From contig JAAVAG010000156.1 of NCBI GenBank assembly GCA_014804185.1, positions 1-44,502 on the forward strand: a DNA stretch of 44,502 nt. Reading direction: 5' to 3'. Within the stretch, counting starts at the first letter, position 1. Each line of letters starts with the position of its first letter. The notes below the pieces were generated by a model. It made no database searches. It had not been told where the DNA came from and was given only the letters and a program-made list of their open reading frames with translations. The translations under genes and the position numbers were made by a program. The stretch comes from Lachnospiraceae bacterium. Its GTDB lineage: Bacteria > Bacillota > Clostridia > Lachnospirales > Lachnospiraceae. Of this stretch, positions 36,087 to 44,502 are shown piece after piece.

Positions 36087-37019
36087 TCACCAGATTCCGG
36101 AAGAATCCGAATATCTCTTGCTGAGCCGGTTTGCCATAATCACCAGAATCAACGCCACCGCTCCGTTAAAGAGTCCTGCGGCGGTAGCCAGGCTGTAATC
36201 ATATTTGATCATGCCTCTCTTATATACCCAGGTCTGAATGACTTCAGATACCTCCAGGTTCATGGAGTTCTGGAACAGATAAATCTTTTCAAAGTTCGCA
36301 TTGATCAAAGATCCCACCCTCAGGATAAACATAACGATTATGGTAGGCATAATGCCCGGAAGAGTTATATGGATCAGCCGTTTCCATCTGTTGGCCCCAT
36401 CCGCCATGGCTGCCTCGTACAGATTGACGTCGATGGCCGTCAGCGCCGAAAGATAGATGATTGCGCTGTAGCCCATTTCCTGCCACACGCCGGAAAATAC
36501 CATAATGGTTCTGAAATACTTTGCTTTTCCCAGGAAGAAAACAGGTTCCTTTCCAAAGAAACGGAATATTTCGGCCAGAACTCCCGTGGATGGGGAAAGG
36601 AATTCGGTTACAATCGTTACAAACGCCACCATGGATATGAAATGTGGCAGAAAACTTACCGTCTGAACGACCTTTTTTACTTTTCTTGTCCTGAATTCGT
36701 TCAGAAACAGGGCAAATATAATGGGCATCGGAAATCCTACTGCCAGAGCATACAAGTTCATCAGCAGGACATTCCTGATCAGTCTCCAGAAATCCAGTCC
36801 GGTAAAGAATTTTATGAAATTATCAAAAAATACAAACTCGCTTCCGGAAAATCCACGGTATAAGTCATAGTCAAAAAAGGAAATGGAAAGCCATGTCATA
36901 GGCCAGTACTGAAACAGGATAAACCATACAATTACGGGCAAAATCATAAGATATATGTATTTTGCTCTCCATATTCTCTTCCAAAGGCTCTTTTGAGAAG
37001 TTTTACTCCCTTTCTTCAT
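36087..37019 (-). CDS. Carbohydrate ABC permease (MalF/LplB type)
   Basis: LPHFIS; YEAAMADGANRW. Confidence 0.92.
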   Translation of the reverse strand: MKKGSKTSQKSLWKRIWRAKYIYLMILPVIVWFILFQYWPMTWLSISFFDYDLYRGFSGSEFVFFDNFIKFFTGLDFWRLIRNVLLMNLYALAVGFPMPIIFALFLNEFRTRKVKKVVQTVSFLPHFISMVAFVTIVTEFLSPSTGVLAEIFRFFGKEPVFFLGKAKYFRTIMVFSGVWQEMGYSAIIYLSALTAIDVNLYEAAMADGANRWKRLIHITLPGIMPTIIVMFILRVGSLINANFEKIYLFQNSMNLEVSEVIQTWVYKRGMIKYDYSLATAAGLFNGAVALILVIMANRLSKRYSDSSGIW

Positions 37020-37931
37020 TCAAACCTCCTTTGTTTTACCCAGAGCGACTCTCAGAAAACCGTCGCTTTGTTCCAGCATATCCTCCGCTTCTTTCCTGTT
37101 AAGATCAGAAAGACACATCAATATGGCGACTTTGCTGTTCATACCGGAATCTTTCAAATATCGATTCGCTACCTCTCTTGATTTTCCCGTCGCTTTGCAG
37201 AATATTCTCTCTGCCCTGTCCTCCAGCTTTTTATTGGACGCTTTCAGATCAACCATCAGGTTGCCGTATACTTTTCCAAGTTTTATCATGGTAGCTGTGG
37301 AAAGCATATTCAGAATCATCTTCTGCGCGGTTCCGGCTTTCATCCTTGTGGAACCGCTGATTACCTCAGGTCCTGTAACCGCTTCGATACACACATCCAC
37401 ATATTCTTTGATTTTGCTTTCCGGATTGTTTACCACCGCGACAGTCTGAGCGCCTACTTCTCTCGCCCTCTCCATTGCTCCGATCACGAAAGGGGCTCTG
37501 CCGCTGGCACTGATTCCTACCACAACGTCCTTTTCCCCGATCTCAAATATTTCTATCTGTTTTTTGCCAAGTTCCGCATCGTCTTCACAGCCTTCGATAG
37601 GGAAACGAAGCGCCACATCTCCTCCGGCAATGCATCCCTGTACAAGATCTTTCTCCACTCCGAAAGTCGGCATACATTCCGAGGCATCCAATACTCCCAG
37701 TCTTCCCGATGTACCTGCCCCCATATACAACAAATGTCCGCCGCCTTTCAGCGCTTTATATATCCTTTCCACCGCTTCGCTGATCTGTGGGATGGCCTCT
37801 TTTACCGCGTCCGCAACTTTTGCGTCCTCCCGATTAATCATAGTGACAATTTCCTGTACACTGCAAAGATCAATATTCTGTGTCAGAGGATTCAATTTTT
37901 CAGTTTCCATTCCCGAATAGCAGTCTCCCAT
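37020..37931 (-). CDS. murQ: N-acetylmuramic acid 6-phosphate etherase
   Basis: GAGTSGRLGVLDASEC, EGCED, GSTRMKAGTAQKMILNMLST, GKVYGNLMVD. Confidence 0.95.
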   Translation of the reverse strand: MGDCYSGMETEKLNPLTQNIDLCSVQEIVTMINREDAKVADAVKEAIPQISEAVERIYKALKGGGHLLYMGAGTSGRLGVLDASECMPTFGVEKDLVQGCIAGGDVALRFPIEGCEDDAELGKKQIEIFEIGEKDVVVGISASGRAPFVIGAMERAREVGAQTVAVVNNPESKIKEYVDVCIEAVTGPEVISGSTRMKAGTAQKMILNMLSTATMIKLGKVYGNLMVDLKASNKKLEDRAERIFCKATGKSREVANRYLKDSGMNSKVAILMCLSDLNRKEAEDMLEQSDGFLRVALGKTKEV

Positions 37932-37969
37932 TTCTTCTCCCCTCTGTCTGCAGAAGCAGACCAACAATA

Positions 37970-38812
37970 TTATTCCTGTTTTTTGATATGTGTTCTCTGC
38001 AGACGTATCATATTATTTTCAAAATCCCGGTTAATATATGCAGTATACAGAATATCTATCATATTCAACTGAGAGATACGGGACGACATGGCTCCGCTTC
38101 TTACAATATACTCTGTTGCTGCCACACACAGATTACAGTCTGCCATTTTCGCAAGCGGTGAATTTCCAAATTTAGATATCAATATAATGGGAACTCCGTT
38201 TTTGCTCAGTTCTTCCGCACAGCGGATCATCTCCTGCGTTCTTCCTGAATAACTCAGGATAATCGCTACGCTTCCTTTTCTTGCATTCATTGCCTGCAGA
38301 TACTGGGCGTGAAGATCAGGACCCATAAAACACGGTTTATAAATTCTGAGAAATTTCAAATATGCATCCTGAGCAACCACCAGGCTTGCTCCCAGCCCAA
38401 ACAAATGAATACTCTGCGCCTCCACCAGCAGATCCACGCTCCTCTTAAGCACATCCAGATCCACCAGTTTCTGCGTATTTTCCAGAGACATGATATTTTT
38501 GACAGTGACTTTGTTTACAATTTCCTCAAGACTGTCCTCCTGCCGTATTTCCTCCATATGCTTCATTGCGGATTCTTTGCGGACAGCCGTTTCATAAAGG
38601 AGTGATTTTCTAAAATCTTTATACCCACTGAATCCAACCTTTTTACAGAGTCGGATAATAGTGGACGGAGAAGAATATGTCTTTTCCGCTATTTCATGAA
38701 TACTCAGTTATCCGGTCTCTTCTGTCTTTTCCAGAAAATATGCAATTACATTCTTTTCCGTTGCGCTGGCCTGTTTCTCATACTCCTGTAATCTCATCAA
38801 TACATGTTTCAT
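37970..38812 (-). pseudogene. murR: MurR/RpiR-family regulator with in-frame TAA at codon 35
   Basis: From ATG 38812: MKHVLMRLQEYEKQASATEKNVIAYFLEKTEETG*LSIHEIAEKTYSSPSTIIRLCKKVGFSGYKDFR, in frame with the SIS-domain ORF 37970-38566; stop at 38708-38710. Confidence 0.88.
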
Positions 38813-38877
38813 GCTCTGCTCCTTTCCATTACAATAACTTTTTGCAATAATTTTGTCAATAATTCTAAATTATATAG

Positions 38878-38908
38878 GAACATTGTACCACATTGTGGTA
38901 TAATGTTC
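38878..38908. promoter_or_regulatory. Long palindrome upstream of murR (candidate operator)
   Basis: GAACATTGTACCACA-T-TGTGGTATAATGTTC, 15-bp arms with one mismatch. Confidence 0.6.
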
Positions 38909-38975
38909 TCATAAAAGTTTTATTTTTTGACATTTTATTTAATATTTTTCTTTCGTCTGAATAAATAAAATACTT

Positions 38976-39011
38976 AAAAAAGGCATACAGCCCATTGTAA
39001 GGCTATATGCC
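38976..39011 (-). terminator. Intrinsic terminator
   Basis: GGCATATAGCC-loop-GGCTGTATGCC-TTTTTT on the minus strand. Confidence 0.8.
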
Positions 39012-39042
39012 ATTGGTCACATTTCAATTTTTTTCGTTGTGA

Positions 39043-39837
39043 TTAACAATCTACTACAGTTCCATACACTTCTATTTGACTGAGTGCCGGGAAAGGCGAT
39101 GGATCGTCTGCCTTAATCAGCTGATCCATAGATATCCATGTGATCTCCTTAGCCGGAAATTCCAGCACATGTGGCAGGCTGCTCTTTTTCAGGTTCCAAT
39201 CTATATCACTTCCGTCCGAAAAATGCAGCGTCACACGGGTCCACCAGCTGTCATGCGGAAAATCGGCACGGGTGTACAAAACAACTCTGTCCGTTCTGAT
39301 CATTCTTCCAAAATCAATTCTGATAGCTGCATCTTTCTGCCTGTTTATTCCCCATGACTCATAAGGCCACTCCCCATGTGAAAGATTTGCACGCACACCA
39401 TCTATGGCATTCTTAGCAGCAAACACTGATTCTCCCCTTGTCTCCACGTTAGCTGAAGCATGAGGATAACAGAAAGTATTCCTGTGCTGATCCGCCGGAT
39501 TCAATGCCAGATTGCGATACATCTGCACATGATATTCCGGAGTTTTCTCAACATAGAGATAATGCCTGCTGCCGTAAAAAGCTTTCGGGGAATGACAGAT
39601 TCTCTTTTCCCCAAATGGAATTCTGTATTCCAAATTATCTGTAAGATACACAAACGCCGCACCCAGTGCATCATCCACCTGCAGATTTAAGTGGATTTTC
39701 CTGGTGTCTGTCTCTACTAGAATACAGTCTCCCTCCTGATATTCATGCATGTAAACCAGATCTACAAAATCTTCTCCTGTTCTTTCACAGATGATCTGCT
39801 TATCTTTATCCACTATTTTCAGTGTCAGTTTTGCCAT
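39043..39837 (-). CDS. Putative carbohydrate-binding protein (galactose-binding/discoidin-like domain)
   Basis: RNLALNP, AKNAIDG, IDFG, SQIEVYG resemble F5/8-type beta-sandwich motifs; RBS GGAGGG. Confidence 0.65.
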   Translation of the reverse strand: MAKLTLKIVDKDKQIICERTGEDFVDLVYMHEYQEGDCILVETDTRKIHLNLQVDDALGAAFVYLTDNLEYRIPFGEKRICHSPKAFYGSRHYLYVEKTPEYHVQMYRNLALNPADQHRNTFCYPHASANVETRGESVFAAKNAIDGVRANLSHGEWPYESWGINRQKDAAIRIDFGRMIRTDRVVLYTRADFPHDSWWTRVTLHFSDGSDIDWNLKKSSLPHVLEFPAKEITWISMDQLIKADDPSPFPALSQIEVYGTVVDC

Positions 39838-41669
39838 GGTTATTTTCCCTCCAAAGTTTTTTATCCGAATTTAAATCTTTTACTAAGGTTTTGATATTAC
39901 CTGGTGTTAAATGTTCCTTGTATGTAAGTCCCATATTTGTTATATGCAACACCGGATATCTTCCTTTATCCTTATCCTGCAATATATATTTTTTTTCTAT
40001 CAACCAGTAAATAACGGCGAGCACCTCTTCTCTGCTGAAAAAATATAATGATCCATACTCATTCACCAGATTCAATTTGTGCTTTTTCACTTTATCTGAT
40101 GTTTTTCCCCTCAAAACATCCGCCAGTATGGAAACCCCAAAATAATATTTATCACTTATATGTACCAGCGCATGCAATACAGTTTCGACAATTTTAAAAA
40201 TATTATGTCCCTTATATTCCGGATAACGATCCACGGAAGAACTGTCAGAATTATTTTTTAATAAAATTACTTCCTCCCAATTTTTCCTTTTCTCTATTTC
40301 TACACTTTCTTCCTTTTTTGAGGAGGCTATATATTTTACAGAAACATTATCATCCGTCGACTCTGATTTATCCTGATCCGGCCATTCATATCCCATCTTT
40401 TTATAGTATTGACGCATGGAAATTGTAGTGTTACATCCTTTTCTGTTATCCAAATAATTCGAACATCCTAAAAAATAACCTCCATTTTCAGTATGTTTCA
40501 CAATTAGGTATCCATCCTGACAATCTGGGCATTTCATAATAGATATTTTTTTCCCGGCTATATCATTGGTCATAAAACTGCATATTTCTGGTTCATTCGT
40601 ACATATATACAGTCTCAGACCATAGGATGTTTTATATTTCAATTGAAGAGGAAATCCGCAGATTGGACACTTTTTTCTATTCTGTATCATTATATTTTCT
40701 TCTGACCATTTTCCACGCAGACAAACATTTTTATATTCCCGCTTTATTTCCAGTAAAAATTCTGACGGATTTTTTTCAGGGGCAATAAAATATACTCTGT
40801 TTTTGGTGCGTGTCATGGCAACATAAAAGAGTCTTCTCTCCTCTGCGTACTGCATTGATTTATCCTCTTTCACCACTAATGAAAGTACAGGATTATCTTC
40901 TATTTTGGATGGAAATCCATATGTTTCATTCTTGCCATTTATAACAATTACATTATCATATCCAAGCCCTTTTGACGCATGTGCTGTCATAAATGTAATA
41001 TCAAGTTTAGGATATTTTACTGATCTAACTTTCGAACCTTTATTTACATATTCAAAAATCCCTGTTCTCGCCAGACGATCCCCATCAAATCCAAATCTCC
41101 CAAGTAAAAGAATCTTTGACTGAAATGTATTTTTACCTGTTTCATTATCATATATTATAATCTGATCTAATGCAGTCTGAACAGCGTATGCAATAGCATA
41201 ATTTGCTCCACTGCGCCTATCAAGTTTATCATATTTTGAACTGCCGTCATATGTATAAATAATAACAGGATCTTCAATATGTTTTGGAGATATCAAAGAT
41301 TTTTGTATTTGCGTTGTATTTTTTTGAATAAAATTACCCGCGATATCAATTACTTCCTGAGAATTTATATATGTACGGACAAGTTAAATATATTTCTTTG
41401 GCCTTTTCAGCAGTAAATCCATTTTTTCCACAGTATTCTGTCAAAAGATCATTTTCATCCAAAGATTTAAAAAAATTCATTACTTCAGAATATTTGTTCA
41501 CAACAGACATATATTCTTTACGTGAAATATAATGATCTGTGCGACGCAACTGATCTACAAAATTTTCCCATTGCAGCAATTCTATACATTTACCCGTGAC
41601 TTCTGTATATACTTGTGATTGTCTTGTTTGTTTTTTCCAAATATTTTTGAATAATCTCATGTTTTTCAT
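39806..41669 (-). pseudogene. UvrD/helicase IV-like gene with Zn-ribbon and RQC-like domains, internally deleted
   Basis: The C-terminal frame (open from 41383) has motif IV TYINSQE, motif V TAHASKGL, motif VI EERRLFYVAMTR, two topoisomerase-type C4 ribbons and an RQC-like tail; Walker A/B are absent. An out-of-frame N-terminal stub lies at 41346-41669. Confidence 0.8.
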
Positions 41670-41826
41670 TATTCCCCAAATTTGCACCCTAAAATATATC
41701 TTCCATTTCTGAAAAACGTTACCAATCCATAAAATCTAAAAGTATAAATAATAACCTTTTCCAAAATCAGTTTACTACAAAATATTGCAAATGTCATTTA
41801 AATAATCCAAGTCATGAAAATATACC

Positions 41827-41855
41827 TTGCTCTATAAAAAAGAATCCCCTATAAT
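41827..41855 (+). promoter_or_regulatory. Promoter of the MFS gene
   Basis: TTGCTC-17-TATAAT. Confidence 0.6.
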
Positions 41856-41888
41856 ACTCTGGAAATCATATGAAAGAGGATCGTACTC

Positions 41889-43136
41889 ATGAATACACAA
41901 AAATTTAAATTGACAAAACTTGCCTGTTATACCGCGTATTTTACAATGTCATCCGTTTTCAGCCTGCCGCCTCTTCTGTTTGCGACGCTTCAGAATATGT
42001 ATGATATTTCCTATACGCTGTTAGGAACGCTTGTGCTGATCAATTTTTGTACCCAGCTTTTGATTGATCTGATCTTCACGGCTTTCTCAAAACATTTTAA
42101 CGTTAAAAAAATTGTGATTGTGATGCCGCTGATAACCTCTCTGGGTCTGTTTATTTATGCCATTGTACCTGCATTGCTGCCTCAATATGCTTATGCGGGT
42201 CTCCTGATCGGTACGGTATTATTTTCTCTTTCCGCAGGTTTGTCCGAGGTACTCCTCAGCCCTGTGATTGCCGCTATTCCTTCAGAAAATCCTCAAAAGG
42301 ATATGAGTTTGCTTCACTCTCTCTATGCGTTTGGCGTGTTTACCGTTGTTGTGATCAGTACGATTTTCCTTAAAATATTTGGACGCGAAAACTGGATGTA
42401 TCTCACAATATTCTGGGCTCTTTTACCGATAACCGCATCCGTCATGTTTGCAAAATCCACAATTCCCGATATGAATGTATCAGAAGAAAATGAGACCGTT
42501 AAAAAAGCAACACGGAAAATACTTGCTCTGGCACTCTGTGCAGGCTGCATTTTCTTCGGAAGCTGCGCAGAAAACGCTATGTCAAGCTGGATTTCAAGCT
42601 ATATGGAAAAAGCCCTTCAGATTAACAAAACGGTCGGGGATATACTGGGGATGGCCGTATTTGCCATTCTTCTCGGAACAGTGAGAATTTACTATGCAAA
42701 ATACGGTAAAAATATTATGAGAATACTTCTTGCAGGAATGACAGGAGCAACGGTCTGTTATCTCGTCGCAGGGCTTTCTTCCAATATTATTTTTGCTTTT
42801 ATCGCCTGTATTTTGACCGGACTCTTCACTGCCATGCTCTGGCCGGGTACTCTGATTATGATGGAAGAAAATTTACCCGGCGTGGGCGTCGCCGCCTATG
42901 CACTGATGGCAGCAAGCGGCGATCTGGGAGCCTCGATCGCACCGCAGCTTCTGGGTATTGTGGTAGACCAGGTGTCAGTCAGCCGTTTTGCTGGGTCACT
43001 CGGCGAAAATCTTCATCAGACAGCAGAGCAGATTGGACTCAGGACAGGAATGCTTGTAACGGCAATATTTCCACTGATTGGCATGATATTCGTATTGTCT
43101 GCGATCCGGTATTTCAAAAACAATAAAGCAAAGTAG
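41889..43136 (+). CDS. MFS transporter (sugar/FucP-like)
   Basis: About 12 TM segments; SLLHSLYAFG, GSCAENAMSSW; RBS GAGGA. Confidence 0.88.
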   Translation: MNTQKFKLTKLACYTAYFTMSSVFSLPPLLFATLQNMYDISYTLLGTLVLINFCTQLLIDLIFTAFSKHFNVKKIVIVMPLITSLGLFIYAIVPALLPQYAYAGLLIGTVLFSLSAGLSEVLLSPVIAAIPSENPQKDMSLLHSLYAFGVFTVVVISTIFLKIFGRENWMYLTIFWALLPITASVMFAKSTIPDMNVSEENETVKKATRKILALALCAGCIFFGSCAENAMSSWISSYMEKALQINKTVGDILGMAVFAILLGTVRIYYAKYGKNIMRILLAGMTGATVCYLVAGLSSNIIFAFIACILTGLFTAMLWPGTLIMMEENLPGVGVAAYALMAASGDLGASIAPQLLGIVVDQVSVSRFAGSLGENLHQTAEQIGLRTGMLVTAIFPLIGMIFVLSAIRYFKNNKAK

Positions 43137-43151
43137 TGTGAAAGAAAGTAA

Positions 43152-43219
43152 AAAATAAGGATATTCCCATGGAGTGTCATGTGTCAAAACACTGGAACTC
43201 CATGGGGTATCCTTATTTT
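43152..43219. terminator. Long inverted repeat / bidirectional terminator
   Basis: AAAATAAGGATATTCCCATGGAGT ... ACTCCATGGGGTATCCTTATTTT between convergent genes. Confidence 0.7.
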
Positions 43220-43268
43220 CGGTGAAAGAGTTAAAAATCGGTATTAATCGACAGACCACTGCTAAATG

Positions 43269-44502
43269 CTAGAAGCACTTATCAAGAATCTCCTGATCCA
43301 AACCGTGTTTTTTCGTCAGGCAGCCAATGGCAAAATACAGTATGCCTCCGGCAAGAAGTCCCCATACAACCGCGTTGATTCCTGCTACCTGTACATTATA
43401 GTAGCAGAAAATATAGGTGGCGGTGGCCCCGATGGCACTGCACACTGCCGCATATTTCGTACCTTTTTTCCAGAAGAGTCCACCGATCAGGGGCCAGAAA
43501 AAAGTACACTCCATACCACCCATGGCAAAGAGGTTCAGGAAAAAGATGATATCTGGTGGGTTGACGGTCAGTATCATAACAATGATTCCCAGAATCAGTG
43601 TAAACAGAGTGCTGAATTTTCTGACATTCTTATTGTAAAACTCTATTTTCTGAGGATCATCTTTGATTATATAATTTCGCCAGAGATCTTTCACAATTGC
43701 CGCGGATGCCAGAATCAACAGAGAATCTGCTGTGGACATGACAGCGGCCATAGGTGCGGCCAAAAAGATGCCTGCAAGTTCTACCGGCATGATCTGCTGA
43801 ATGATGTAAGGAATGAAGTAGTCCGAAGTAGGAAGATCCGCAGTGTCTACCAGCGCTCCTGCCCAGGTTCCGGCCAGATGCATTCCGACAATAACGAAAC
43901 TACAGACTAACACACCAATCCACATGGCAGAATGGAGGCTTTTTGTATTTTTAAATCCCATGGCCCGGACAGCGGTTTGTGGAAGTCCCAGGGTTCCGAA
44001 TCCCACCAGTATCCAGAAGCTTAAGAGACTGCCGGGAGTATATACGGCAAATAAATTATCGTATGTACCTGGCAGATTTTCCGAAAGACCGGCATGAATC
44101 CCGGATAATCCGCCGCCTGCCCGCAATACAAAAAACAGAAAAAGGAATGTTCCGATACACATAATGATTCCCTGAATCGTGTCCGTAATGGCAACCGCAG
44201 AGAACCCGCCGAAAGCAGTGTATGCAATGACAATTGCCCCAAAAATCAACAGAGAGTTCGTGTAGGATAATCCGGTTATGGAAGAAATCAATGTGGCTCC
44301 TCCGGTAAACTGGCTGATCATCTGTGCGATAAAAAAAGCAATCATCAACAGACTGGTGACAATAACCAGGATATCGCTGTTATATCGAACTTTTAAATAT
44401 CCGGCTATAGTCACGGAACCGGTTCTTCTGGAGACAATGGCCAATTTGTTGCCAAGAACACCCAGAACCAAAAAAGTAACCGGAACCTGAACAGCCGCAA
44501 CC
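43269..44502 (-). CDS. panF: Sodium/pantothenate symporter (SSS family), 5' end outside the window
   Basis: LGVLGNKLAIVSRR, QFTGGA, TDTIQG, SFWILVGFG..GLPQTAVR, AAPMAAVMST resemble PanF. Confidence 0.82.
   Translation of the reverse strand, partial: VAAVQVPVTFLVLGVLGNKLAIVSRRTGSVTIAGYLKVRYNSDILVIVTSLLMIAFFIAQMISQFTGGATLISSITGLSYTNSLLIFGAIVIAYTAFGGFSAVAITDTIQGIIMCIGTFLFLFFVLRAGGGLSGIHAGLSENLPGTYDNLFAVYTPGSLLSFWILVGFGTLGLPQTAVRAMGFKNTKSLHSAMWIGVLVCSFVIVGMHLAGTWAGALVDTADLPTSDYFIPYIIQQIMPVELAGIFLAAPMAAVMSTADSLLILASAAIVKDLWRNYIIKDDPQKIEFYNKNVRKFSTLFTLILGIIVMILTVNPPDIIFFLNLFAMGGMECTFFWPLIGGLFWKKGTKYAAVCSAIGATATYIFCYYNVQVAGINAVVWGLLAGGILYFAIGCLTKKHGLDQEILDKCF

Noticed and set aside
38708-38710. murR stop as Sec/Pyl recoding
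   Set aside because: The codon is TAA, not TGA or TAG.
43152-43219. Long inverted repeat as a MITE
   Set aside because: Single copy in the window and adequately explained as a bidirectional terminator.

Overview
Accessory-rich chromosomal segment that looks like a gut Clostridia/Lachnospiraceae-type Firmicute (inferred from the T-box riboswitch, sigma-A promoters and gene families). Left to right: two type II toxin-antitoxin pairs around an XRE/Zn-ribbon regulator; an AraC-GGDEF fusion; a uridine kinase-like gene; an AraC/GyrI regulator; a T-box(Met)-controlled metG split by a +1 frameshift; a winged-helix regulator; a Vex/Vnc-like ABC exporter with two-component system; an operon encoding a TPR-nucleotidyltransferase(DUF4037-like)-DUF4125-like fusion, a C-terminally extended pyroglutamyl peptidase and a GNAT; a second TCS/ABC module; an ABC-2-permease/M64 metallopeptidase fusion; a hybrid histidine kinase; a cation/H+ antiporter; a MurNAc-scavenging locus (murR with a nonsense codon, murQ, sugar ABC, namZ, TIM-barrel isomerase); an internally deleted UvrD-like helicase; an MFS transporter and a partial panF. 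No rRNA, tRNA, CRISPR array, transposase or integrase was seen. The best candidates for undescribed systems are the TPR-NTase/Pcp/GNAT operon (14278-18396), the permease-M64 fusion (23586-25634) and the AraC-GGDEF protein. All family assignments come from motif recognition by eye, not database searches.
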